NCBI GenBank assembly: GCA_050084515.1 | Contig: CM114271.1 | Location: forward strand, 34,224,001 to 34,288,000 | Direction of reading: 5' to 3' | DNA from: Blasia pusilla | Taxonomy: Eukaryota | Length of the DNA stretch: 64,000 bases | Shown: positions 39,618 through 50,705 of the stretch, one piece after another | Position numbering within the stretch: position 1 is the first letter of the stretch | How the letters are laid out: each line of letters begins with the position of its first letter | The notes under the pieces: generated by a model | Told to the model about the DNA's origin: nothing | What the model saw: the letters and a program-made list of their open reading frames with translations, nothing else | Databases searched by the model: none | Program-made: the position numbers and the translations under genes

Positions 39618-41963
39618 GTACGTCTTCACTTTGTCCTCTATTTGCAATTATTCTAGCATACAATACACCCGCTCAACCTACTACACTATGGAGTTAATTT
39701 TTGGCTCCATTGGTAGAAGATCTCTTATATGAACGACGTCAGGTAAGAATTCTATATTCACACTTCTTACATTATTTCGTTTCTTCCTAATAGTATCTTG
39801 TATTAAGCATTCAACATACTAACCATGATTTGAACACTTTTTGGAACTCTTCCATCGCAAAAACAAGAATTCGTTATCTTATTGTTGATGTTGCCATCAT
39901 TAATATGACATTGTTGGAAGTCCATTATTATTTATAAGATCAAGGAAAGAGACTATATGACTTTCCGGACATGCCCCAAGCTAATTTCCAAAGCCTTCAT
40001 TCACAATCATATTTAGAGGAGCTATTATATGATGGTGTGCGCCCTCAAGAGGGCCTTGAAAGAGGCCGGAAGGAAGAATTATTTGAGCAAATGCAATTGG
40101 AAAAAGTATATTTGAATGAAGGACAACGTATTATTTGGGACGCTATACATGATGAGCTTGATCAAATAATTGTGAATGCTCCTCCATCTCCAAAAGTGTT
40201 TTTCATCGATGGTCCAGGTGGAGAGGGGAAAACATTTTTATATAATTTTCTCCTTGCAAGTGTAAGGAGTCCAAGAGGAATAGCTTTGACTGTAGCGTCA
40301 TCTAGAATAGTTGCTTTATTGTTAGATGGAGGATGTATTGCTTACTCGCGCTTCAAGATCCCCATTAATCTTCATGAGAGCTCTACTTGCAAGTAAGTTC
40401 CATTAGTGATTGCAAATAGCTCCAATTAATATGTTGATACGTAAAATTTAATTACCCAAAGTTTTACAATTTCCTTTTTTTTAATTTGTGGTTTATTAGT
40501 CGATAATGATGGAGCGCGCTTAATCCGTGATGCGATGCTCATTATATGGGATGAAGCCCCTATGGGTCATTGTCATGTGTTTGAGGCCGTGAATCAAACT
40601 TTACAAGATATTATGGGAGTTGTTTAGGATGATCTACGGCAAATTACCATTTGGTGGAAAATTTTGGGTATTTGGTGGTGATTTTCGTCAAGTGTAGCCA
40701 CAAACAATCCAATCCACCATAAAGCTGTCATCTCTTTGGTCTTATGTAAAGGTATTGAATTTGATAACAAATATGCGAGTTCAAAGGTTGGAAGGTCATT
40801 TGCGTAGTGAACAACAAGGATTTGTTGATTGGTTATTGGAAGTGGGAGAGGGTGTGTACCTTTGCACCCTCATCTGGGAGAATACTTTATACGATTACCC
40901 ATCAAAAATTGTCACTAAAAGTAATAAGATATGTGATCTTATTGATTTGATCTATGACAATTTTCCTAGCTAATTCTATGACATTGATTTTTTGAGAGAT
41001 ACGGCAATTTTAACTATGCAAAATAGAGATGTGGATGACATTAATGCAAATGTTATGTCTTGGTTTCCTGGAGAGGTAATCCTTCTAATATATATACAAT
41101 TTTTTTCTTATGGGAGCTTTCTTTTTGGGAACAAGGGTGGATAATAATATAGTAGATCTCACCAATTCATTGCATATTGTGTACATGAGCATATTTACGT
41201 CAATGTCGACTCTATTTCGAATGAGGGGATGAGTCATATCTATCCAACTGAATTTTTGAACAAATGCTTGCCTTTCGGACTTCCTCCTCATTGTTTGTGT
41301 TTGAAGATTGATGCACCAATAATGCTCTTACAAAATATGAATGGATCACATGGACAAGTAAACGAGATGAGATTGGCGATTCGTGGATTCATGCAACATT
41401 GCATAGATGTTGAAATTATCCCAGGGAAGAATATTGGAGATCGAGTATTTATTCCACATATACCATTGATTGCATCGGATTCTGGTTTGCTATTTGATCT
41501 ACGTAGGTTTCAATTCCCTATTCGTCCAACTTTTGCTTTGATTATTAATAAGTCTCAAGGTCAAACATTGCAAAAGGTTGGCATTTACTTGTGTACTCCT
41601 GTATTTTCTCATGGTCAATTATATATAACATTATCTAGAATAGAGAAAAAATTCCATCCACGTTATTATTGGAAGTGATGAACATTCAAATAAAAAAAGT
41701 GACCAAAAAATATAAGATATAAAAAGATACACAAATGAAATAAATTCTGAAATAAAAAAGGTGACCAAAAAATATAAGATATAAAAAGATACACAAATGA
41801 AATAAATTCTGAAATTATATATTACTACAGTGTCTTCTTGATTTGTTTGCCTCGAGTGTTGCTAGAGGCAAACAACTCTGTATTTGACGATAAGAAAACA
41901 AATTTATATTTATTAGCATCAGGCTCCTCAAACACTTTTTTATCTCCACAGGCACCTTACTAG
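39618..41963 (+). mobile_element. Helitron RepHel pseudogene, 3' half (PIF1-like helicase) and probable 3' terminus
   Basis: LFAIIL..TP.QP..LW; Walker A FFIDGPGGEGKTFLY; IIWDEAPM; GGDFRQ; NMRV; QFPIRPTFALIINKSQGQTL; PVFSHGQLY. Intron-like GT-AG gaps (~39742, ~40393-40499). Possible end CACAGGCACCTTACTAG|T at 41963. Confidence 0.9.
41688..41815. repeat. 62-bp tandem duplication in the Helitron 3' region
   Basis: GACCAAAAAATATAAGATATAAAAAGATACACAAATGAAATAAATTCTGAAAT occurs at 41701 and 41763. Confidence 0.92.
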
Positions 41964-42274
41964 TGTAGATTATTTTTAGTTCAAAACGAGCTCCGAAGGG
42001 CACGCTGCAGCAGCTACACACGACAGAGGCGAGGCATAACCGCAGCAAAATGTGGGTGGATAGCGAGCAGGGTACTGTGTCGGATGCAGCAGACGAGCTC
42101 CTCTGTACAGAATCCCACAGTGCACGGCGAGGAGAGAGAGAGAATTAGGAGGGACGGAATTGAGTTGGAGAACCTCTGGTGCAGAGAGGAGAGAGAGGAT
42201 TAGAAGCGACTATAGACGTTGAAACCAGCAGCAGTAGCGAAGCTCTAAGCGGTGACTGAGTGATCTCAGGAACA

Positions 42275-45272
42275 ATGGTGACAGCAGTAGGAGCAGTCGC
42301 GCATGCGGCGATGGTGGCCTCGCCCATGTCCTGCGCCACCAACAGCTCGCCGGCTCAGAAGCGCGCGTCCACTCGTGTGTCGAGCTTCATCTCCGGCTCG
42401 AGCTCCAGCTTCCGCGGGCAATCTGTGTGCACTTCTCTTCGACCTGCGGAGTTCCAGTCCAGGAGGACGACGCAGAACTCCAGGCCCTCTGTCAGGACGG
42501 TGAGGGCTGGGGGCGCATCACCCAGCTCGTCGTCGTGGAGCGCACAGGACTCTGTACGAGAGCTCTGCCTGAAGCAATTCGGAGCTCGCAAGGCTCTCAA
42601 GGTACGCAGCTCATTGGATCTCGTCTCTCGCATTTGCGTTCGCCAGATTGCTGCCCAATCCAGTCAGTTGTGGTCGTCTGTGCGTCCTCTGCTGACAGAG
42701 AAGGAGGAGTGGACTCATGTATAGCGTCCCGCCTACAGGTCATTGCAGGGCTCCACAACTTCAATCGCGAGAACGTTGCAAATGTCGTCATTGCTGCTGA
42801 GAAGGTATGCTGCCATATCTATGAAGTGAGTGAAAGACCAAAAAAGAGTCCACTTAGTGGAGAAACCCATCAAGGAAAACACTGTGGGGACGTGATGGAC
42901 CATAGAGGAAAGACCACGAGCAGCCGAAATGGGGAGGGGAGAGTCCCCTAAATAATAAACCCTCCCAACAGCAGTAGGCAATGTGTGAGAGTCCTAGTTA
43001 AGCAGAGCTACCAAGAAGACTATCCTAAGCTAGAATCCAGAGCTTTTGAGGGTGCCTAAGAAGCCTACATTATGAATCTTCACTTCGTTAATGTGGAGAC
43101 TTTTTGATGTAGCGAAGTGATTGATTGTCCATGGGGATCCAAGAAGGATGTGGAGCCTGAAATTTTCAGAATCTGCAGGGAGGGACCCTGCTGAGGTTGT
43201 TGATCAGTCGGACGGAATCTGTTGATTCTTCTTCTTCTCAGAAATTGGTTGGGGAGGTGGAATTTATGCAGCTGGCAGTATCAGATTCTGATGGAAGGCT
43301 GTGTGTCTGGCAGGGAGGTGCTACACATGTAGATATTGCATGTGATGTGGATCTAGTTAGACTGGCGGCAAGTCTGACCAACCTGCCGGTAAGAAAGTCA
43401 AAAGATTTGCTGCCTTGAGGGATTTGTTTACAAGGCTAAAGGTGTTCATCTTGAAATTCTGTTGCAGGCGATGTTTGTGTGATGTATGTGTTGACTAGTT
43501 GCCCTGGAAAGAAAGTCGAGCTGTGGCCCTAGGATGGAATTGCAAATTTTGTTTGGAGAAGAGTAACTCTTGTCTTGATAATACTCTGCTCAATGCTTGG
43601 GTAGTTGATCAATTTGTTAGCTTGTTACCCTCCAAAGGAAAGTGAGCTGTGGTTAACAATGAAAATTGCAAACTTTGTCTGGAGAGCTCTAACTCATCTT
43701 ATTTGAGAGCTGATGAACACATGGGTGGTTGACCCTGAAATCAGATCTGCGTGTCCTCGGTGGAGCCTGAAGCTTTTGTCCCAGCCGTTGAAGCTGGAGC
43801 TCACATGGTATGCTCTTGGCCTTTTTTACGTCCTAGTAGTCCATATGGATGCAGATGCAGTCCAGTGATGAGCACTGATGTACACTTCAAGGGACCATCC
43901 TACATCAATGATATCTACTAGACTTTTTTTGCAGACAAATTTAGGCCTTGACTGTCAATGGCAATTTTTTTCGATAGTTCAGCTGTCTGGTTAGTTACCA
44001 CTCTTAAGTTGTGTCCTAAATGTCTGCCACTCTTTCACTTGTTCAGGTGGAAATTGGAAACTATGATGGCTTCTACAGCACTGGTCGTGTGTTTTCAGCA
44101 GAAGAGGTGAGGTTACCATTGAAAGCCATACAGTTTACTCCAGAAACCGTCTCTTCTTTTCGACAGAAGAGTTGCTAGAACTCGAGAGTAAACGTGGATA
44201 GAGAACTACTCAAATAGAGTTTTATCATGAAATAAAGAAATAACAAATGTTTGTGCTGCTTTTCTTCTGCCAGGTTCTCAACCTCACCAGAAGAACGAGG
44301 AACTTGCTACCTAACGTGGTTCTCTCAGTGACAGTTCCCCACACCTTGCCTCTTGATGCACAGGTATCTTAGCTAGCTAGTACTTCATCCGTAGCTTTGC
44401 GTTTGGACAGTCTCGTTTATTCTGAACTACAATGCTAAGCTTGGAAATTCCTCCCACTGCAGATCTTTTGTTGCGATACCAATATTTGGGATCAGTAGCA
44501 AAGACTAAGTGGAGGTTATGGTAAAAGACTTTGTACTGAACAAATTCACTCTTGTCGTGATACTGACAGGTTTGTTTTCATTGATATTCAGGTTAGTCTT
44601 GCAGAGATGCTAGAGGAAGCAGGTGCAGACTTGATCCAGACAGAAGGTGGGACAAGCTCTGCACCCTCCGCACCTGGTGTACATGGCTTGATTGAGAAGG
44701 TATGGGTTCTTCGAAACGTCTTATGAAGGGGGGAAAATGAGGTCATGTCTTATTAGCTGAATCTGCAGCATCACAGGACTAGCTTGAATCCCCCTTAAAT
44801 GCATGCACCTGTCTAAAATGTTAAAAAACTCCAAGCTGTGGTTGAATTGGCACTGTGGACGCATGGTAACATTGGCTTGTGTTGCAGGCTGCTCCAACTT
44901 TGGCTGCAGCATACTCCATCTCGCATGCAGTGAAAGTTCCAGTCATGTGTGCCTCTGGTCTGAGCGTGGTAACTGCCCCAATGGCCATTACGGCTGGTGC
45001 TGCGGGTGTGGTAAGTTCTCTACTCGTCTCTTATGGTATTCAAGGCGGCATTGTGCCTCAACTTGTAATAGATATGAGGGGTTCGCTTTTATACCGTTGA
45101 TCATCTTCTAAAAAATGTTGATGTGTATTGCTTGCAGGGCATCGGCTCCGCTGTGAACAGACTAAATGACCAACTTGCCATGATAGCAGCTGTTCGAAGT
45201 ATTGCCGACTCGTTGGGCCTACCAGCAAGGTCTGTGGAATCTACAAGTGTTTCTTCAGCGGTAGTGAACTAA
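42275..45272 (+). CDS. ycf23: Ycf23/DUF561 family protein with plastid transit peptide, 9 exons
   Basis: Exons 42275-42601, 42739-42804, 43314-43388, 43745-43807, 44047-44106, 44274-44363, 44592-44699, 44888-45010, 45138-45272, all with phase-0 GT-AG introns. Motifs ALKVIAGLHNF, GGATHVDIAC, ICVSSVEP, VEIGNYD, SVTVPH, DLIQTEGG, CASGLS..TAPMA, GIGSAVN. Confidence 0.92.
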
Positions 45273-47044
45273 GAGAAAATTCTAGTTCTGATGCATCGAG
45301 AAGGTGCGTTGTATCAACAGGTAGTGAGTGATCATGCTCGTTCAGCAACACAGCAAGAAGTTCTCCCGGATGGAATGAGTTGTAGAATTTGGAATTATGC
45401 TCCGGGGAGATGTCAGATGGAGTGCAGTGATTTGAGAGGTTTCTGTTTCATATGGAGACTCATACATGTATGTTTCCAGAGACCTAAATGTTGAAATCTT
45501 CGTGCTCTTATGGCAATTTCCAAAGCTTTCCGCACATCCTCCAATGTTAGAGACATTTAAATCTATCATGTTTTCTATAGAAAGGCTCACTCTTTTTCTG
45601 TGGGTTTGATGGTATCTAATAATGGACTACATATTTCATTCAATCCTGGTTTTTAAATTGACCGGGTCCTTAGTTTTATTTAAATTGTACTTGGTATTTT
45701 TTATGGTTTTTGCTTTTTGGGTAGAAGTGGCAAATTATCACTTTTGGCTCAATCCTACATTTTAGCAATCAAATGGTACATTTTTGCAATAATAAATGGG
45801 AAAGTGACAACCCAGCGACCTCCTGGGTAAATGATTTCTATCAAAATGGTTGCTAAGGGAAGGTCTCAATTGGTAGGTGGGTTCTCTAGCTTGGACGAGT
45901 TAGCCAACCTGGACACAAACCTGGACACAACCTAGTGGTAGATGGGGATGGAAAAACAAAAACCTTTGGCAACACTTGGCATGGCAAACTTTTAGAGTAT
46001 GCATGTCTGGTGGTTCACACTTATATATAACTTCCCAAATTTTAAATATACTTTAGAAATGTGTTGCATTACACACGTACAGGAATATGTCAGCAAAATG
46101 AAATGGTTTTTTATGCAGCTAAATCAAAATTCTTTTTATTGGTGACACTTCACTAGTAGAATTATGGAAAATGGAATCCATATGATTATTAAAGGTAGAA
46201 ATGTGATAGTTTTCATTGGATCCTTATTTGAAAAAAGGAAACTTATCAGAAATACTTATTTCAAAACACTTCAACTCTATAATTCTGAAAATAAATTACA
46301 GTTTGATCTTTCTTTGTAGAATACTCAAGAAAATATCAATAATATAACTACTTCCAACTAGATCTAAAATTATTCATGACAAACTGATGTCAATTTGGTT
46401 TTAGAATCTTATCTAGACCTAAGATAAGAGGAGGTAAAATTCAAATTTTGCATTCAAACCCAAAGGGTTTTATGGCCTTGGCTTCTTAGACTAACTCATC
46501 GCACAAGCACTAACTAGCATAGATTGGCTAATTGGGATAGATGTCAAGAGGAGAGTTGTTCCAAAATAGAGAAGGGGTTTTGCAATTATAATGCAGATTA
46601 AACAAAATAAAGATTGTAGGCAACATGATGAGTCCAATGTGAGTATTTGTACATGAGCCTAAGTCAAGTGTCTAGTAAAGATACACTAATGATATCATTA
46701 TGAGAAGTGGTAAGGACCTATGGGGGGATTAGGTTTTTTAGAATATCAAAGTTTTTTTACAACCTAGCTATTACAAAGCACACTCAATGCAATAGCAACC
46801 ACTCAGGTTAGATTGTAGAGGAAAGCACTAGACAACATGTATCACCTGACAACCCAGCATTCTCAAGCACACTTAGTGCAGTAGCAACCACTCCGGTTAG
46901 AAGCAATAGACATCTCAATATCAACCACTCAAGTTAGTACTACTAGACACCTTGCATCACAAGACTCACTCAACCCCTCAAATGAGTAGACCTCTCAGTT
47001 TGTAAGCAATAGCACACTCAATGCTACTCAATTAACTCCTTTGG

Positions 47045-47420
47045 ATGTATGGGGCTATGGGGGAGAGGTTCGACTCGTTCCTTACGGATTGCGCCCATCA
47101 TCTCCACTCGAGAAATGGGTTGTCCTTAGCTCTGCGATCTCATTGACAGGGCTGGTCTCCATAGCGTTGCGGCGTGCCCAGGCTAATGGGATTTTGCGGC
47201 GGGCTCAGGTGTGGGAGACGCCGGCGCTAGAGGCCCACTTAGTAGTAGTCATAGCTCTCTTGTTGTTGCCGATATTGTCTCTGCTTGTTGGTGAGTTTAA
47301 ATGCGTTAGGGGGAATGCCCCCTTCTTCCTTTTCTGGTCCTGTTGTGGCCTTCAGGTTTTGACTCTTTGAGTCCCCCTCTTTTGTACTTCCGATGGGTTT
47401 TCCATCACTCGTTTTTATCG
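47045..47420 (+). mobile_element. CRE-like non-LTR retrotransposon 3' end remnant
   Basis: VSIALRRAQANGILRR. DNA similar to 50180-50480 (TTCGACTCGTTCCTTAC, TCGAGAAATGGGTT, TGGGAGACG..CTAGAGGCCCACTTAGTA). Confidence 0.6.
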
Positions 47421-48369
47421 AAGTGCATCTTCGTTTTTGCTCAAAGAGTTATGTACGAAAAAGGTGTAAGAGAATGTAATTTCGCAAGGCACCCTTAGAG
47501 GGTTATATACAGCCAAGAGAATGAGTTTTTAGGTTTTCGGGTTTTAGGGTTAGGGCCTGCAGCCCCGAGTAATTCTCAGAATTACTGAGGTAAATTTATG
47601 AAACGAGAAATTATTATTTATTGTGATAAATCACTAAGTTACTATAGTAATTCTATTAGTTACTTTTCACTATAGTAAATTCCAAGTTACTTTGTTTTAC
47701 AAGAGGTTTTAGTATAGGTTTTAGTTATTGCATTTATATTTACTCTAGAAATAATATTAAATATTATAAAATTTAAAGTAAAGATTTCAACCACCCTCTC
47801 GTCTAGTATATTTTTTTCCATTTATTGAAAAAATAAAATTTTCCAGTGCTTATGTAGAGAAAATTTTAAATTTTATAATTTCAATTTTAGTTTGGAAGGA
47901 AATTTGCATATTAGATATTTTGAAAAAAATGAAAAGGGATGATAATTGAAAATTAAAAAAAATAAAAAATTTCAAAAGGATGAAAATTATTTTGAATTAT
48001 GGATTTTAAAATTTTTCAAACTTGATTATGAAGGATTTCTAAAATTTATTTTTAAAAGTTAAAATATTTTTGATTTTCCTTCATTGATTCAGAGTTAAGA
48101 ATTGGGGGTTGGAAAATAGATGATGAATAATTGGCTCTTAAATTAATAATGAAAATAAATTAAAATCGAAAAATTAAAAATCAGAATTCCAAAATTATCA
48201 ATATATTAAAATTTTTTTAATTTGGAGATGTAATCTTACATGGTCAACAGGTATTTGATAATATATTTTCATTTTAAATTATCAATGTATAACATACAAA
48301 ACTGAAATTAATAATTCTAAAATTTGGAAGAATTTAGAATTGCGAATCACTTGGGAGTATTCTCTAATC

Positions 48370-48397
48370 ACTAGATGGCATGCCTATGCTTGCGCAC
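48370..48397 (-). mobile_element. Possible Helitron-like 3' terminus in AT-rich DNA
   Basis: Minus strand reads GTGCGCAAGCATAGGCATGCCATCTAG|T, with a degenerate hairpin. Confidence 0.3.
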
Positions 48398-49566
48398 TAA
48401 AATGATTTAGGGTTTAATAATACCTTCTCCTCCCCCTCCACTTCTTCCATTAAAGTAAAATTTATTAATCAATATTAATTAATGTTATTTTAATAAAATT
48501 ATTTTCTCTTTCATCAAATCTATATTATAGTGGGCGACTCGATTTGCAAATTAGACAAATTAGTGGGATAGTGAGACAAAATAGCAATATGCTTGAATTT
48601 AGTCCATTGATTAAATTAGATGGGTGATTCAAAGGGTAGAAAATGAATTTGAATGGAAGAAGAAAATATTTTTATTAATTAAAAAATAATTAAAAAAATT
48701 AATGTTTTATGTGTGATCCTTGATATACAATAAGAGAAAATAATGGGATAATAAGAAAAACTAGCCAGAAAATTAAAATTTCTCCCTTAATTCATATTTA
48801 ATGGGAAGGGAAAATGAATTTTAATGGAGAAGGTGTAGATACTGTTGGAATTATACGGAAGGGTGGAATTATTTAGGGGATTGGAGTATCATTTAAATTT
48901 GAATTCAAGAGAGGAATAATGTACTTAGAAGAGTGGAATGTTATTATTCTTCTTAGATTTAAGAAAATAGAATTTATGTTTAAATTTTGATATGAAATTT
49001 TGATTTTGATTTTTAAATAGTCATGTTAATTTGTATTTGATATTGTGAGAAAGGAAAATGAAATTGAATGGAAAAATGAAATGCTAACTAATTAAAAATT
49101 ACATAATAATCTTATTAATGAATGTTATTATGGTGGAAAGAATGGAAGGAGAAGAGTAGGTATTCTTTAAAATTTGGAAGAGTGAAATTATGTAGGGAAG
49201 TTTTTTACTTCTTATATTTTAATTGAAAAGTAAAATAAATATAAAACTGAATTGTTTTTGTTATTTTAAAATTTATAAAAACAAGAATATATTTAGTTTT
49301 GAAAAAAATCATGAGTAATGAGAAAGTCAATTTCGTGCGCAAACATGCAAATTAAGTAAATATAGTTTGAATTAAGTAAAAATAAGAATTTGTAACTATT
49401 TTGTTACATTGCCCTTAGAGGGTTTCTCATGTACTTAAACCACTTTTTCTTGAGTGACGGTCCTAGGTTGAGGATGAAATGTTCTCATTACAATCTTCCC
49501 TTAGAGCATGGAGAGATTCTCCTCTAGGTGAGGCTAGAGCCATTCTCCCTACTCTCTCTTCCTTAG

Positions 49567-50490
49567 TTACCTCCGGTGAGTCTGGACTCCAATCTTCTTT
49601 GATGGAAGCGACTTAGAGGAAGTTTTTAGAGTCATTATGTCAGACGGGGATATTCCCATGGCGGTTCGTGCACATATTTGCTTTTGCTTCAAAAAGGGAG
49701 CTGACTCATGGATGGGGGCTCCTCCCCTCATACTGACTTTCCGTATCGCACCACTCACCTATGCCACAACGATGCGGTTTTGATTGGGCCTCCCCCAACA
49801 TCAATGGTTCATATGATACACTATGACTCTCACCGGAGTCTGAATCCACCTGGTGTGCATGAGGGGATTGCCGTTCATGATGATGTGCGGGATATCATGT
49901 TTAGTATTTTTCGTTTAGTGGCTTCTACGTGTAGAGAGAGAGACACTACTCCATGGGGGATTTCCTTGTCCATGCTAATCTTTATATGACACGAGAGGGT
50001 GAGGTGGTGGTGGTGGACATTGTAGTGTCAGATCCTACGCGGGAGGCTGTGCGAGCCGAAGTGGTAGCAAAAGGGAGATTGCTACAAGGAATAGCGGCGG
50101 CGGCGACGGTGACATAGAAGACCCATCTCTATAATCGACTTCACTATGGACATCGATTCGTCCCCCTAGCCATAGAGATGTATTCGGCAGTGAAGGAGAA
50201 GTTCGACTCGTTCCTTACACATTCCGCCCATCATCTCCGGTCGAGAAATGGGTTTTCATTAGTTACTAGGATTCATTATGGTAGGCAACGGATCTCCATA
50301 GTTTTGCAGCCAACGGATTTTTGGGAGACGTCAACCCTAGAGGCCCACTTAGTACTGCTTATCTTGTCTTTGCTGTTGGTGAATTTAACCAATAGGGGAT
50401 TACCCCTTTTCTGTTTCCAGGCCTTCACGTACTCTACTTTATGAGTTTCTTAGAAAAAAATTATGAAGGTTTTCCATCACCCGGTTTATG
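49567..50490 (+). mobile_element. CRE-like non-LTR retrotransposon fragment (restriction-like endonuclease region)
   Basis: GIAVHDDVRDIM, VVVDIVVSDPT, K.HLY...RFVPLAIEMYS, GRQRISIVLQ. This order matches the H-D...D-V.V..P...K..Y...F.P.A.E layout of RLE domains. Contains stops and frameshifts. Confidence 0.65.
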
Positions 50491-50705
50491 GACACCCCTT
50501 TATTTCTCATGTACATAGATGACTAACGGGAATTTGGGATATTCGAAACCCCTGTAAAGTGTGAAGTCGAGGCGAACCGACTCTACGTGCATGCCCACTA
50601 GTGATTTTGGGTGTGTCTGGTGAAGCAGAGCAGCGATTCCTGTGAAAGTGCGTTGTGCTCGACATCGATTAGGTTTATTCGCAATTGGGAATTGGAGAGC
50701 TGAAG

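Noticed and set aside
42427-42951. 174-aa ORF overlapping ycf23 exons 1-2
   Set aside because: Only its middle (VIAGLHNF...AAEK) is real exon 2; the rest is off-frame exon or intron.
46780-47035. Degenerate repeats (CAACCACTC..GTTAG) with variable spacers, superficially array-like
   Set aside because: Only 3-4 irregular, degenerate units in a plant genome; not CRISPR, and likely transposon-internal repeats.
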